Assembly: GCA_964455605.1 (NCBI GenBank)
Contig: CAYVWW010000001.1
Coordinates: 1 to 33,756 of the forward strand
DNA length: 33,756 nucleotides
Reading direction: 5' to 3'
Source of the DNA: an uncultured Actinomycetota bacterium
GTDB lineage: Bacteria > Actinomycetota > Humimicrobiia > Humimicrobiales > Humimicrobiaceae
The position numbers were made by a program, and so were the translations under genes. A model generated the notes under the pieces. It was not told the DNA's origin, made no database searches, and saw only the letters and a program-made list of their open reading frames with translations. Positions 25,718-33,756 of the stretch are shown here, in pieces (position 1 is the stretch's first letter; the number at the start of each line of letters is the position of its first letter).

Positions 25718-26275
25718 TCAGTTATATTTATTCATAGCGCAATCGATGCCTCTTATAATATAATCACCAATAAAATCAACCGACTTCTCTATAAATAGCC
25801 CGACTTCTTCTTTCTCTTTTTTGCTAAACTCTTCAAGGACATAATCGGAAGCATCTTTCCTTCCGGTAGGCCTGCTTACTCCAAAACGCAACCTGTCAAA
25901 ATTATGGTGCCCCAGGCTTTCTGCTATTGATTCCAGACCTTTGTGGCCCGCAGTGCCTCCACCTTTCTTAAATGCAATTTTACCGAAGCTTATGTCAATA
26001 TCATCATGTAATACCAGCAATGATTTTATCTGGTCTCCATAATAATTATGAAACAAAACAACTGCCTGGCCGCTGTTATTCATAAATGTTTGTGGTTTAA
26101 TGATTATTATTTTGTGTTCTTCGTAGGATAATTCTACAACCATGGACATAAACTTCTGGTAACAACTTTTTCTCTCAATGCTATCAGCAAACCTGTCAGC
26201 TATCCTGAAACCAATATTATGTCTGGTCCATTCATAACTTTTACCGGGATTACCAAGTCCAACAATTAAAATCAT
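25718..26275 (-). CDS. pth: Peptidyl-tRNA hydrolase
   Basis: MILIVGLGNPGKSYEWTRHNIGF and GTAGHKGLESI. Confidence 0.95.
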   Translation of the reverse strand: MILIVGLGNPGKSYEWTRHNIGFRIADRFADSIERKSCYQKFMSMVVELSYEEHKIIIIKPQTFMNNSGQAVVLFHNYYGDQIKSLLVLHDDIDISFGKIAFKKGGGTAGHKGLESIAESLGHHNFDRLRFGVSRPTGRKDASDYVLEEFSKKEKEEVGLFIEKSVDFIGDYIIRGIDCAMNKYN

Positions 26276-26280
26276 AATAA

Positions 26281-27003
26281 TTATTTTTCGCTGGAGCTTT
26301 TTTCTTCTGAATGCCCTTTGCCTTCCTCGGGTTCCTTTTCTTCTTTGCCCTTGCCAATTACTTCCGGTTCCATGGCTTCTTCAGCTTCTTCTTCTTCTTC
26401 TTCTTTTTCTTCTTCTTTCAGCTGTGTCGGGTGTATTATCGAAACAACAACTTCTTCAGGGTCATTTAAAACTTTTATCTTATCCGAAACATTAACATCA
26501 GAAACTCTTACTATCGAGCCCATATCCAGCTCTGCTATATCATACTCAATATAATCGGGAATATCTGTCGGCAGACACGAAATATGAAGTTCCCTTAAAC
26601 CGTGCTGCAAAACGCCGCCCTTTTCCTTGATACCTATCGCTATGTCTTCATTCATTATATGGATAGGAACGGAAGTCTCAATATCTTCTTCCATCTTAAT
26701 TCTTAAAAAATCAATATGCAACAATTCTCCTGTAATCGCATCTTTCTGGAATTCCTTAACTAAAACTGTTTCTTTGCTGCTTTTGCTCTCACCATCTATC
26801 TTTAAATTAAAAATAGCGCTATATATGTTCTTACCTTTTACAACATCACGGAATTCTTTTTCTTTAATTTTTATACTTATGGGGTCTTTTTTTAAGCCAT
26901 ATACAATTGCAGGTACATAATTACCAGCTCTCAACTTCTTTGAAACCTTGTTTTTAATTTCTTTTTCTTCTCTCTTCTTGACTCCAATAGCTATATTTCC
27001 CAT
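26281..27003 (-). CDS. rplY: 50S ribosomal protein L25 / general stress protein Ctc, with a long acidic C-terminal extension
   Basis: LRAGNYVPAIVYG, plus synteny between prs and pth. The C-terminus is EEEKEEEEEEAEEAMEPE... Confidence 0.9.
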   Translation of the reverse strand: MGNIAIGVKKREEKEIKNKVSKKLRAGNYVPAIVYGLKKDPISIKIKEKEFRDVVKGKNIYSAIFNLKIDGESKSSKETVLVKEFQKDAITGELLHIDFLRIKMEEDIETSVPIHIMNEDIAIGIKEKGGVLQHGLRELHISCLPTDIPDYIEYDIAELDMGSIVRVSDVNVSDKIKVLNDPEEVVVSIIHPTQLKEEEKEEEEEEAEEAMEPEVIGKGKEEKEPEEGKGHSEEKSSSEK

Positions 27004-27035
27004 TTATTACTACACCTTACCTTCTAATTTACAAT

Positions 27036-27998
27036 CTAAACCAAATTTTCGCCCTTAAACAATTCACTTACAGAATTGCAATGATAAACTTTTTTTATCG
27101 TTTTTGCAAGAAGGGGTGCAATCGAAAGAACCTTTATTTTTTCATTCTCATTTTTTATTGGAATGGTATTGGCTACAACTATTTCATCCACTTTTGAATC
27201 TTTCAACTGCTCCATAAAGTTACCCGAAAAAATAGCGTGGGTCGCGCCAACATAAATTTTAGATGCTTTGTGTCTTATAAGCATATCAATAGCTTTAAAA
27301 AGCGTGCCACCTGTATCAATTATGTCATCGAATATTATAGCCTCCATACCCTCCACATCTCCTACCATATGCTCTATTTCGGCAATGTTAGGGGCAGGTC
27401 TTCTTTTATCCAGTATTGCCAGTGGAAAATGGAGTATCTTTGCAAAAATACTTGCGCGTTTCACCCCTCCAACATCGGGGCTCACAACTACACCATTTTT
27501 AATATCTTTTCCTTTAAAGTATTTTGCTATTATGGGTATGGCAGTTATATGGTCTACGGGAACATCGAAGAAACCCTGTATTGTCGCAGAATGCAGGTCC
27601 ACAAGTATCGCCCTATCCATTCCTGCAACGGAAAGAAGGTCAGCAAATAATTTCGCAGATATGGGTTCCCTCCCTTCAGACTTCTTATCCTGGCGTGCAT
27701 ATCCATAATGTGGAATGACGGCATTTATCATCCCTGCAGAAGCCCTTTTCAGGGCATCTATCATTATCAGCAACTCCATTATGGTATCATTTACCGGCTC
27801 ACAGCAGGTCTGCACTACGAAAACATCAGCCCCTCTAACACTTTCATCAAACTTGATATAGATTTCACCATTTTTAAACTTTGTCCTGGTAACTTTCCCT
27901 ACGCTTATACCAAGCTCCTCCGCAATCCTGTCCGCAAGGGCAGGGTAGGAAGAACCCGAGAAAAGCATCATTCTCTTATAATCTTTTCCTTTTGCCAT
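27036..27998 (-). CDS. prs: Ribose-phosphate pyrophosphokinase
   Basis: GADVFVVQT, VDLHSATIQGFF and FDDIIDTGGT. Confidence 0.95.
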   Translation of the reverse strand: MAKGKDYKRMMLFSGSSYPALADRIAEELGISVGKVTRTKFKNGEIYIKFDESVRGADVFVVQTCCEPVNDTIMELLIMIDALKRASAGMINAVIPHYGYARQDKKSEGREPISAKLFADLLSVAGMDRAILVDLHSATIQGFFDVPVDHITAIPIIAKYFKGKDIKNGVVVSPDVGGVKRASIFAKILHFPLAILDKRRPAPNIAEIEHMVGDVEGMEAIIFDDIIDTGGTLFKAIDMLIRHKASKIYVGATHAIFSGNFMEQLKDSKVDEIVVANTIPIKNENEKIKVLSIAPLLAKTIKKVYHCNSVSELFKGENLV

Positions 27999-28025
27999 TC
28001 TTTTATAACTCCTACTTTAAATTAT

Positions 28026-28799
28026 TTATTTTAATCTTGCATCCTTGCTTACTCTATCCTTCATAATATTTTCCAGCTCAAAAAGCTGTCGCCTGTTATT
28101 AACACCCGCGACTTCTTTATAATCAGAAATTTCAAGACAGCTAACTTTTTCCCCACCCTTTACCAGCATTTCAATAATGTCAGTAAGATAGTGCTCCTTC
28201 TGGTTATTTTCAGTACCAATCCTGCCAATGTTTTCAAATAATACTTTCGTATCAAAGCAATAAATGGATGAATTTATTTCGGTTATCTTTTTTTCTTCAG
28301 GTGTAGTGTCTGCATCTTCTATAATTTTTATTATAATTCCCTTTTCATCTTTTATCACCCTTCCGTAACCAGCGGGATCCGGGACCGAAGTGGTAACAAT
28401 ACCCGCGCTGCTTTTTGACCCGGCCGTATTTTCCAGTAACTTTTCTATAGTTGAAGAACTTATCAAGGGAGTATCGGCCGAAAGAATAAGGGTATATTTG
28501 CCCAGGCTTTCCCGTTTAGCCATTGCCATGGAAACAGCATGGGCTGTTCCAAGCTGTTTTTCCTGCACTATGATTCCCACTTCCGGGAAATTTATATTTA
28601 CATAATCGACTATTAGCTCTCTTTTATATCCGACAATTATGAAGGTATTTTTGGGGTTTAGCTCTTCTATCGTAGATAAAATATAATATAGTATTGGCCT
28701 GCCCATAAGCTCGTGTAGAACTTTGGGAATTTCCGATTTCATCCTTTTGCCCTTACCGGCAGCGAGAACTATTACGCTTAAATCTCCGGAAAGATTCAT
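28026..28799 (-). CDS. glmU: GlmU-like N-acetylglucosamine-1-phosphate uridyltransferase domain protein (lacks the C-terminal LbH acetyltransferase domain)
   Basis: VIVLAAGKGKRMKSEIPKVLH, QLGTAHAV and GVNNRRQLFELE. 257 aa, ending within the inter-domain helix. It sits in the conserved glmU position upstream of prs. Confidence 0.8.
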   Translation of the reverse strand: MNLSGDLSVIVLAAGKGKRMKSEIPKVLHELMGRPILYYILSTIEELNPKNTFIIVGYKRELIVDYVNINFPEVGIIVQEKQLGTAHAVSMAMAKRESLGKYTLILSADTPLISSSTIEKLLENTAGSKSSAGIVTTSVPDPAGYGRVIKDEKGIIIKIIEDADTTPEEKKITEINSSIYCFDTKVLFENIGRIGTENNQKEHYLTDIIEMLVKGGEKVSCLEISDYKEVAGVNNRRQLFELENIMKDRVSKDARLK

Positions 28800-28877
28800 T
28801 TTTATAAGGTTTCCATAAGATAAATTTATATTAAATAACGTTTAGATTGTAACACAAAAAGTGCATTTATCTAAATA

Positions 28878-29180
28878 CTAATCTATGAATTCGCCACCGC
28901 TTATATCCCTTGAAATAATATTGAAGCCGGGCCCTAAATAAATACTTACATAGATAAGATTGTTGCATTTCTCTCCCAGTATTTCTTTTCTCAATAAATA
29001 CTCTGCCCCGGCCGGCCCTTCTTCCTCATAAACACGGGATATATCGCTGTATTTCCTTGCCCTGACCGTTATTTCTTCCCCGCACTTACCGCACCTGACC
29101 TTGAAAATAACGAAGCCAGAGGCGGAATCTCCTGCTGGCATTTTAATAAAATTTTTTAATTTATCCCAGAAACTCCCCAC
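28878..29180 (-). CDS. Hypothetical protein with a possible zinc-ribbon-like CxxC
   Basis: 100 aa, GTG start after AGGA. Contains CGKCGEE and a later lone EKC. No family recognised. Confidence 0.45.
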   Translation of the reverse strand: MGSFWDKLKNFIKMPAGDSASGFVIFKVRCGKCGEEITVRARKYSDISRVYEEEGPAGAEYLLRKEILGEKCNNLIYVSIYLGPGFNIISRDISGGEFID

Positions 29181-29288
29181 CTGGATTCCTTTCGCACTTT
29201 TACAATATCCTTCCTAACAAATATTCTACCCTAATAAGTCCTATTCTTTAAATGTTTTAACAAATATCTTTTTTAAAAAAAGATTTAT

Positions 29289-29843
29289 TTATCCGTTACG
29301 ATTAGCTACGTTATGGCTTTTATTATTCTTTTCAAGGTCAAGAAGAAATTTTTTTATTTCACTTCCCCCCTTAAACTCACCCGGGGAACCGTCGCTTCTT
29401 ATAACTCTGTGGCATGGAACTATCATAAGCAACGGATTTCTTTTTAGCGCCGAGCCAGTCAGTCTCCAGGCGCCTCTGTAACCAGCCATTTCAGCCAGCT
29501 CCTTATAACTTACCGTTTCCCCATAACCTACCGAAATTAATTTCTTCCATATTTTTTTCTGGAACCTGGTGCCAGCAATGAATTCAACATTTAGACCCGT
29601 ATTTTTTGACTTTCCTTTAATATAACCGCTGATTTTTCCCTCAATAAGGGCAGATTTTTTAGAATTAATTCTGACCTCTTCCGGGCTCCCGCAATCATTT
29701 TTGGTATTATCTAAAAACTCCAGGAAATCTTTCCTTTTATTTCCCAGATATATAACAGCGGTGCTACCAGCTTTTTCCCTCCACATATAATACATCTTTC
29801 CTATAGAGGTCATAAATTCAGATTTATTTATATAAAACGGCAT
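29289..29843 (-). CDS. ogt: Methylated-DNA-protein-cysteine S-methyltransferase
   Basis: Active-site PCHRVI and NPLLMIVPCHRV, with a helix-turn-helix segment YGETVSYKELAEMAG. Confidence 0.9.
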   Translation of the reverse strand: MPFYINKSEFMTSIGKMYYMWREKAGSTAVIYLGNKRKDFLEFLDNTKNDCGSPEEVRINSKKSALIEGKISGYIKGKSKNTGLNVEFIAGTRFQKKIWKKLISVGYGETVSYKELAEMAGYRGAWRLTGSALKRNPLLMIVPCHRVIRSDGSPGEFKGGSEIKKFLLDLEKNNKSHNVANRNG

Positions 29844-29865
29844 AGTGCCACCAAAAAAATACCTT

Positions 29866-30063
29866 TTATTTCTTAGTTTTCAGCCTGACAAAATTTTCTA
29901 TCGACCTGTCATAAGTTTTTTCCGCCTCGTCATCAAAATAGCAGGCAGGGAGCTCCCCCAGCCTCCTGTGATAGGCGATACACTCACAGCAAATACCCTT
30001 TCTTGGGCAGGGTTCATAAGTACAATTACATCTCTTAAGATTTTCTTCTTTGTTGCATTCCAT
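29866..30063 (-). CDS. Small Cys-rich protein (conserved hypothetical; 8 Cys, 1 His)
   Basis: 65 aa: [44 protein letters not shown] prefer it over the overlapping plus-strand ORF 29845-30093, which looks non-coding in composition. Confidence 0.6.
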   Translation of the reverse strand: MECNKEENLKRCNCTYEPCPRKGICCECIAYHRRLGELPACYFDDEAEKTYDRSIENFVRLKTKK

Positions 30064-30194
30064 ATTAAATATTTCCCCTCTGATTTTAATTAACCTATAA
30101 ATTGTATTTATATAATTAGATTTAAGATTCTAAATTCCTTATTGCCCGACCTAAGTTCATAAAGCTTCGTTTCATAGGAAAAACCAACTTAATA

Positions 30195-30758
30195 TTAAAA
30201 CTCGATACCATTCTTTGCTTTTATTCCCCTGTTAAATGCATGTTTTATTTCTCTCATCTCAGTAACTGTATCAGCAATCTCTATAACTTCTTCCGGGGCA
30301 TTCCTCCCTGTCAGCATTATATTGAGCTTCTCCGGTTTATTCTTTAAAAGACTTACCACGTCCTTAACCTCCAGGAGCCTCATACTGGTAAGATTATTTA
30401 TCTCATCCAGAACTACCAGGTCATATATTCCACTGTTAACCTTATCCCTGGCATACTCGAAAGACTCGCGCGCATTTTTAAGCTGTTTTTCCCTATCTAT
30501 CATCTCTCCGTCTTTAAACTTTACAAATCCCATCCCGAGCTGCTCTATCTCAACAAGGGGTTTCAATTTTTCCAGGCTTTTGACCTCCCCTGATATCCAT
30601 GAACCTTTTATAAACTGCAGAATTAAAACCTTAAGATTCCTGCCGGCGGCCCGTAAAGCCAGCCCCATCGCCGCAGTGGTTTTTCCCTTGCCGTCACCTG
30701 TATTTACAAGAATCAGCCCTTTTTTAAACTTTTTTTGGGGATTTATTTTTTTATCCAT
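30195..30758 (-). CDS. cobO: Cob(I)yrinic acid a,c-diamide / cob(I)alamin adenosyltransferase (CobO/BtuR type)
   Basis: ILVNTGDGKGKTTAAMGLALRAAG and LDEINN. 187 aa. Confidence 0.9.
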   Translation of the reverse strand: MDKKINPQKKFKKGLILVNTGDGKGKTTAAMGLALRAAGRNLKVLILQFIKGSWISGEVKSLEKLKPLVEIEQLGMGFVKFKDGEMIDREKQLKNARESFEYARDKVNSGIYDLVVLDEINNLTSMRLLEVKDVVSLLKNKPEKLNIMLTGRNAPEEVIEIADTVTEMREIKHAFNRGIKAKNGIEF

Positions 30759-30823
30759 TGCCAGATATTTCTCCTTTTAAATCCAGTAAATATTATATTT
30801 ATTATAAACTGTTAACCACCATT

Positions 30824-32464
30824 TTATAGTTCATTATTAAGAATACTATAAAATAAATCCATATCCATATTTTTCCTGAATATATCTGCAAGCTTTTTAT
30901 ACTGGTTATCCCTGAATTCTGCATATGATGGTACCCGCTCTCTTTTTCTATTGCCTGATTTCATATTATTCTTTCTTCTTAGAATGTTTAAAACGAATTC
31001 CCTCATGCCATCATTATCAAAAATACCATGAATGTAGGTCCCAATCGCTATTCTATCGTTAGCGCCATCAAAGTCTATAAACCCGTCATAAGTGGCCGTT
31101 CCATTATTCCCGCCAGGCAGAACCCTGAAAAGCGGTATTAATTTCTGCAAACTTCCGGCGCTAGCACCGGACCTCCCCATATGTATTTCGTAACCTTTCA
31201 TTGCGCCGGCAACTTTTTTAGCCAAACCGCCGGACAACCTCTTAAAATCATTGCGCAGCAATAAGTCCCTGTTAATTTCAAACTCCACCTGACTGATAAT
31301 TTTATCCTGGCGGAAATCTGTATCCATATCAATAAGACCGAAACCGTTTATACTTCCAGCATTTTTTGATTCGCTTGCCAGTATGTCGGTTATTTTCCTT
31401 CCCAGCATCTGGAACCCACCGCAGATGCCCATAACTACGGCTCCCTTATGGTATTGTTCTCTTATTTCCTTTTCAAGTCCGGATTCCCTTAAATATAGAA
31501 GGTCCCCGACTGTGCTCTTGCTGCCGGGTATTATAATCATATGGGGCTTTAATTTTTTCAGCTCCCTGCTGTCTTTTACATATACCAGACTTACTTCCTT
31601 TTCCAGTTCAAAAGCATTGAAATCCGTAAAATTAGAAATATGGGGAAGGTATACGACAGATATTATTATCTTCCCTTCTTCATTATTAGCGCTATAATTC
31701 GCCAGGTTATCTTTCCTTAGTTCTTCCCGCTCTATATTCACGGAATCCTCTTCTTCAATATATATATCTTTAAAGAATGGAATGGTCCCTAGAACCGGGA
31801 TATCCAATTTTTTAGCTATGTAGTCGTTGCCAGGTTTTAAAAGACTTATGTCTCCCCTGAACTTATTTACAAGAAATGCCTTTATATGTTTCCTGTATTT
31901 ATTAGGGAGTAACTTTACCGTACCATAAAAGCTGGCAAAAACTCCTCCCTTATCTACATCTCCCACCAGTATTACATTAGAACCGGAAATCTCCGCTACG
32001 CGCATATTTACGATATCGTTTTTTAGAAGGTTTATTTCCGCAGGGCTGCCTGCCCCTTCAATTACGACATAATCAAACTCCTTTTTCAAATCATCCAGAA
32101 TCTCTTTTATCCTGCTTAAATAAAAAAATTTCTTTTTATCATATTCAACCGCGCTCATATTCTTAACCACTTTTCCCATAAATATTATCTGCGCCCTTGA
32201 GTCCGCAACGGGCTTAATAAGTATGGGATTCATATAGACCTGCGGCTCCAGCCCGCATGCTTCCGCCTGGACCGCCTGTGCCCGGCCCATCTCTTCTCCC
32301 GATGCAGTCACGTATGAGTTCAGTGCCATATTCTGTGATTTAAAGGGGCACACGCTGTATCCATCCTCTTTTAGAATCCTGCATATCGCTGCAACAGCAA
32401 CACTTTTCCCAACATGCGAGCCCGTGCCCTGTACCATTATAGATTTTGGTCTTTTTTTGTTCAT
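30824..32464 (-). CDS. cobQ: Cobyric acid synthase
   Basis: IMVQGTGSHVGKS, and a GATase domain with GICGGFQMLG and YIHGIFDN. 546 aa. Confidence 0.93.
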   Translation of the reverse strand: MNKKRPKSIMVQGTGSHVGKSVAVAAICRILKEDGYSVCPFKSQNMALNSYVTASGEEMGRAQAVQAEACGLEPQVYMNPILIKPVADSRAQIIFMGKVVKNMSAVEYDKKKFFYLSRIKEILDDLKKEFDYVVIEGAGSPAEINLLKNDIVNMRVAEISGSNVILVGDVDKGGVFASFYGTVKLLPNKYRKHIKAFLVNKFRGDISLLKPGNDYIAKKLDIPVLGTIPFFKDIYIEEEDSVNIEREELRKDNLANYSANNEEGKIIISVVYLPHISNFTDFNAFELEKEVSLVYVKDSRELKKLKPHMIIIPGSKSTVGDLLYLRESGLEKEIREQYHKGAVVMGICGGFQMLGRKITDILASESKNAGSINGFGLIDMDTDFRQDKIISQVEFEINRDLLLRNDFKRLSGGLAKKVAGAMKGYEIHMGRSGASAGSLQKLIPLFRVLPGGNNGTATYDGFIDFDGANDRIAIGTYIHGIFDNDGMREFVLNILRRKNNMKSGNRKRERVPSYAEFRDNQYKKLADIFRKNMDMDLFYSILNNEL

Positions 32465-32473
32465 AAAATTAGC

Positions 32474-33751
32474 TTACTGTAAATATCTAAGTATCCTGCC
32501 TGCAGTTTTTGCCACTACTGCTCCCTGGCTTATAATCTCATTATAAAGCTCCAGTGCCTTTCCACCGGTATGGTCCCTATCTTTTATGTGCTTCTCGTCG
32601 ATTATTATCACTTTTTTATTTAACTCCATTGCTTTTTTAACTGAAAACAGATTTGATAAATTGCCGGGGCCAAATTCCACACAGGGAAGAATAACCACGT
32701 CACTTGATTTTATAAATTGAAGATTTTTTTCCTGCGAATCAGGGCTTATTGGCGAGAATGGGGCTTCCGCTACATAAGGAATCTCCAGCATCCGGGCAGT
32801 ATCCATATCGCTATCAAGCGTATTAACCACGCCACACGACACTTTATAACCATTATTATAAAGGAGACTGATTACCGGCGAAGCCGCTCCCCCGCCTCCT
32901 ATTACATGCGCCTTAACATCTTTCTTTCCCGGCTTGCCCGCCATCTCCAAATCTATCTCCGGATTAAAAATTGGGCTGATATAAAATTTGCCTGTTACGG
33001 GATTCCTTCCCACGAAAACATCGCTCCCGAAAACGTTTTTAATACTTGCCCTGTTTAATACATCTTCCACCCTGCCAGCCCCATAGACCCTTCCTTCTTT
33101 TAGAAGCAATATTTCACCGCCACTCTGAAATGCAAGATTTATGTCATGAAAAATCCCTATTATTGTCTTGTTCTCCCTGCGATTCAGTTCCATAAACAAA
33201 TTCATAAATTCAATCTGGAAGTTGATGTCAAGATGGGAAGTCGGCTCATCAAGAAGTAAAAGGGGGCTGTCCTGGGCTAATGCCTGCGCTACGACTACCC
33301 TCTGTTTCTCTCCACCGGATAGTTGATTAAACTTCCTTTTTGCAAAAGATAGTATTTCTACCTTTTCCATCGCTTCATCAACTTTAGCAAAATCTTCTTT
33401 CTTCTCTGATTCAAATCTTGAAATATAGGCGTGCCTGCCCATCATAACCATCTCACTTACCGTAAAGTTAAAACCGGGATTCGCATACTGTGGGACCACG
33501 CCCACTATTTTTGCAATCTCTTCAGGGCCCATATTTCTTATATCCCGCCCTTCCAGCTTAATTTTTCCCTTATAATCGCTCTTCACTCCACTAATGAGGT
33601 TGACAATCGTGCTTTTACCCGCTCCATTGGGCCCGAGAATTGAAACGAAACTACCCTTTTCTACATCGAAACTTATGTCATCAATGACTTTTTTACCGTT
33701 ATATGAAAAGTTTAAATTTTTTACAGAAAGTATTTTTTTATTCCTGTCCAT
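32474..33751 (-). CDS. ABC transporter ATP-binding protein (FepC/BtuD-like chelate or cobalamin importer ATPase) fused to a C-terminal domain of about 155 aa with unknown function
   Basis: GPNGAGKST, LSGGEKQRV and LLLLDEPTSHLD lie in residues 1-260. Residues from about 270 to 425 (HVIGGGGAASPVISLL..VVILPCVEFGPGN..KKVIIIDEKH) are an extra alpha/beta-looking domain. Confidence 0.85.
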   Translation of the reverse strand: MDRNKKILSVKNLNFSYNGKKVIDDISFDVEKGSFVSILGPNGAGKSTIVNLISGVKSDYKGKIKLEGRDIRNMGPEEIAKIVGVVPQYANPGFNFTVSEMVMMGRHAYISRFESEKKEDFAKVDEAMEKVEILSFAKRKFNQLSGGEKQRVVVAQALAQDSPLLLLDEPTSHLDINFQIEFMNLFMELNRRENKTIIGIFHDINLAFQSGGEILLLKEGRVYGAGRVEDVLNRASIKNVFGSDVFVGRNPVTGKFYISPIFNPEIDLEMAGKPGKKDVKAHVIGGGGAASPVISLLYNNGYKVSCGVVNTLDSDMDTARMLEIPYVAEAPFSPISPDSQEKNLQFIKSSDVVILPCVEFGPGNLSNLFSVKKAMELNKKVIIIDEKHIKDRDHTGGKALELYNEIISQGAVVAKTAGRILRYLQ

Positions 33752-33756
33752 GTTAC

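Noticed and set aside
26281-26420. Long acidic C-terminal tail on L25/Ctc, together with acidic tails or linkers on the ftsB-like protein, the lipoprotein and the PKD protein, as a possible special feature.
   Set aside because: It looks like a proteome-wide compositional habit of this organism rather than a locus-specific signal. I cannot evaluate it from a single window.
29181-29288. ATCTTTTTT/AAAAAAGAT inverted repeat downstream of ogt as an intrinsic terminator.
   Set aside because: The stem is all A/T and embedded in homopolymer runs, so it has negligible predicted stability.
33752-33756. Cobalamin riboswitch expected upstream of the ABC ATPase-cobQ-cobO block.
   Set aside because: The window ends 5 nt upstream of the start codon, so this cannot be assessed here.

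Overview
This is an AT-rich bacterial chromosomal window (roughly one-third GC by eye) with standard genetic code, and almost all genes are on the minus strand. From about 15 kb to 33.7 kb it is conserved housekeeping DNA with Firmicutes-like synteny. That part reads glmU (N-terminal domain only)-prs-ctc/rplY-pth-mfd-prsA-like PPIase-mazG-pyk, then ktrB-ktrA, a divIC/ftsB-like gene, ppx and tRNA-Leu(UAA). It also holds ogt, two small Cys-rich ORFs and a cobalamin block (ABC ATPase fusion-cobQ-cobO). The left part holds four units. (i) An operon of two tandem homocitrate/isopropylmalate-synthase-family paralogs followed by a LeuC/HacA-type dehydratase that runs off the window. (ii) An MFS transporter. 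(iii) A cytoskeletal cluster: a ParA-like ATPase operonic with a bactofilin, plus a second convergent bactofilin. (iv) An archease-rtcB RNA-ligase operon. Between about 10.6 and 14.9 kb, next to tRNA-Leu, lies an accessory-looking patch. It contains a Lys-rich small protein, a PKD/Ig surface protein, an orphan RelE toxin with only a 15-codon antitoxin remnant, and a 7-bladed lectin-like beta-propeller gene bracketed by two tRNA-Gln-like relics. The observation I rate highest is that the two synthase paralogs have lost complementary halves of the active-site motif set. This predicts an obligate heterodimer with a single composite active site. I found no CRISPR array, transposase, integrase or rRNA. 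All functional calls come from my own motif recognition on the supplied translations; no database search was run.
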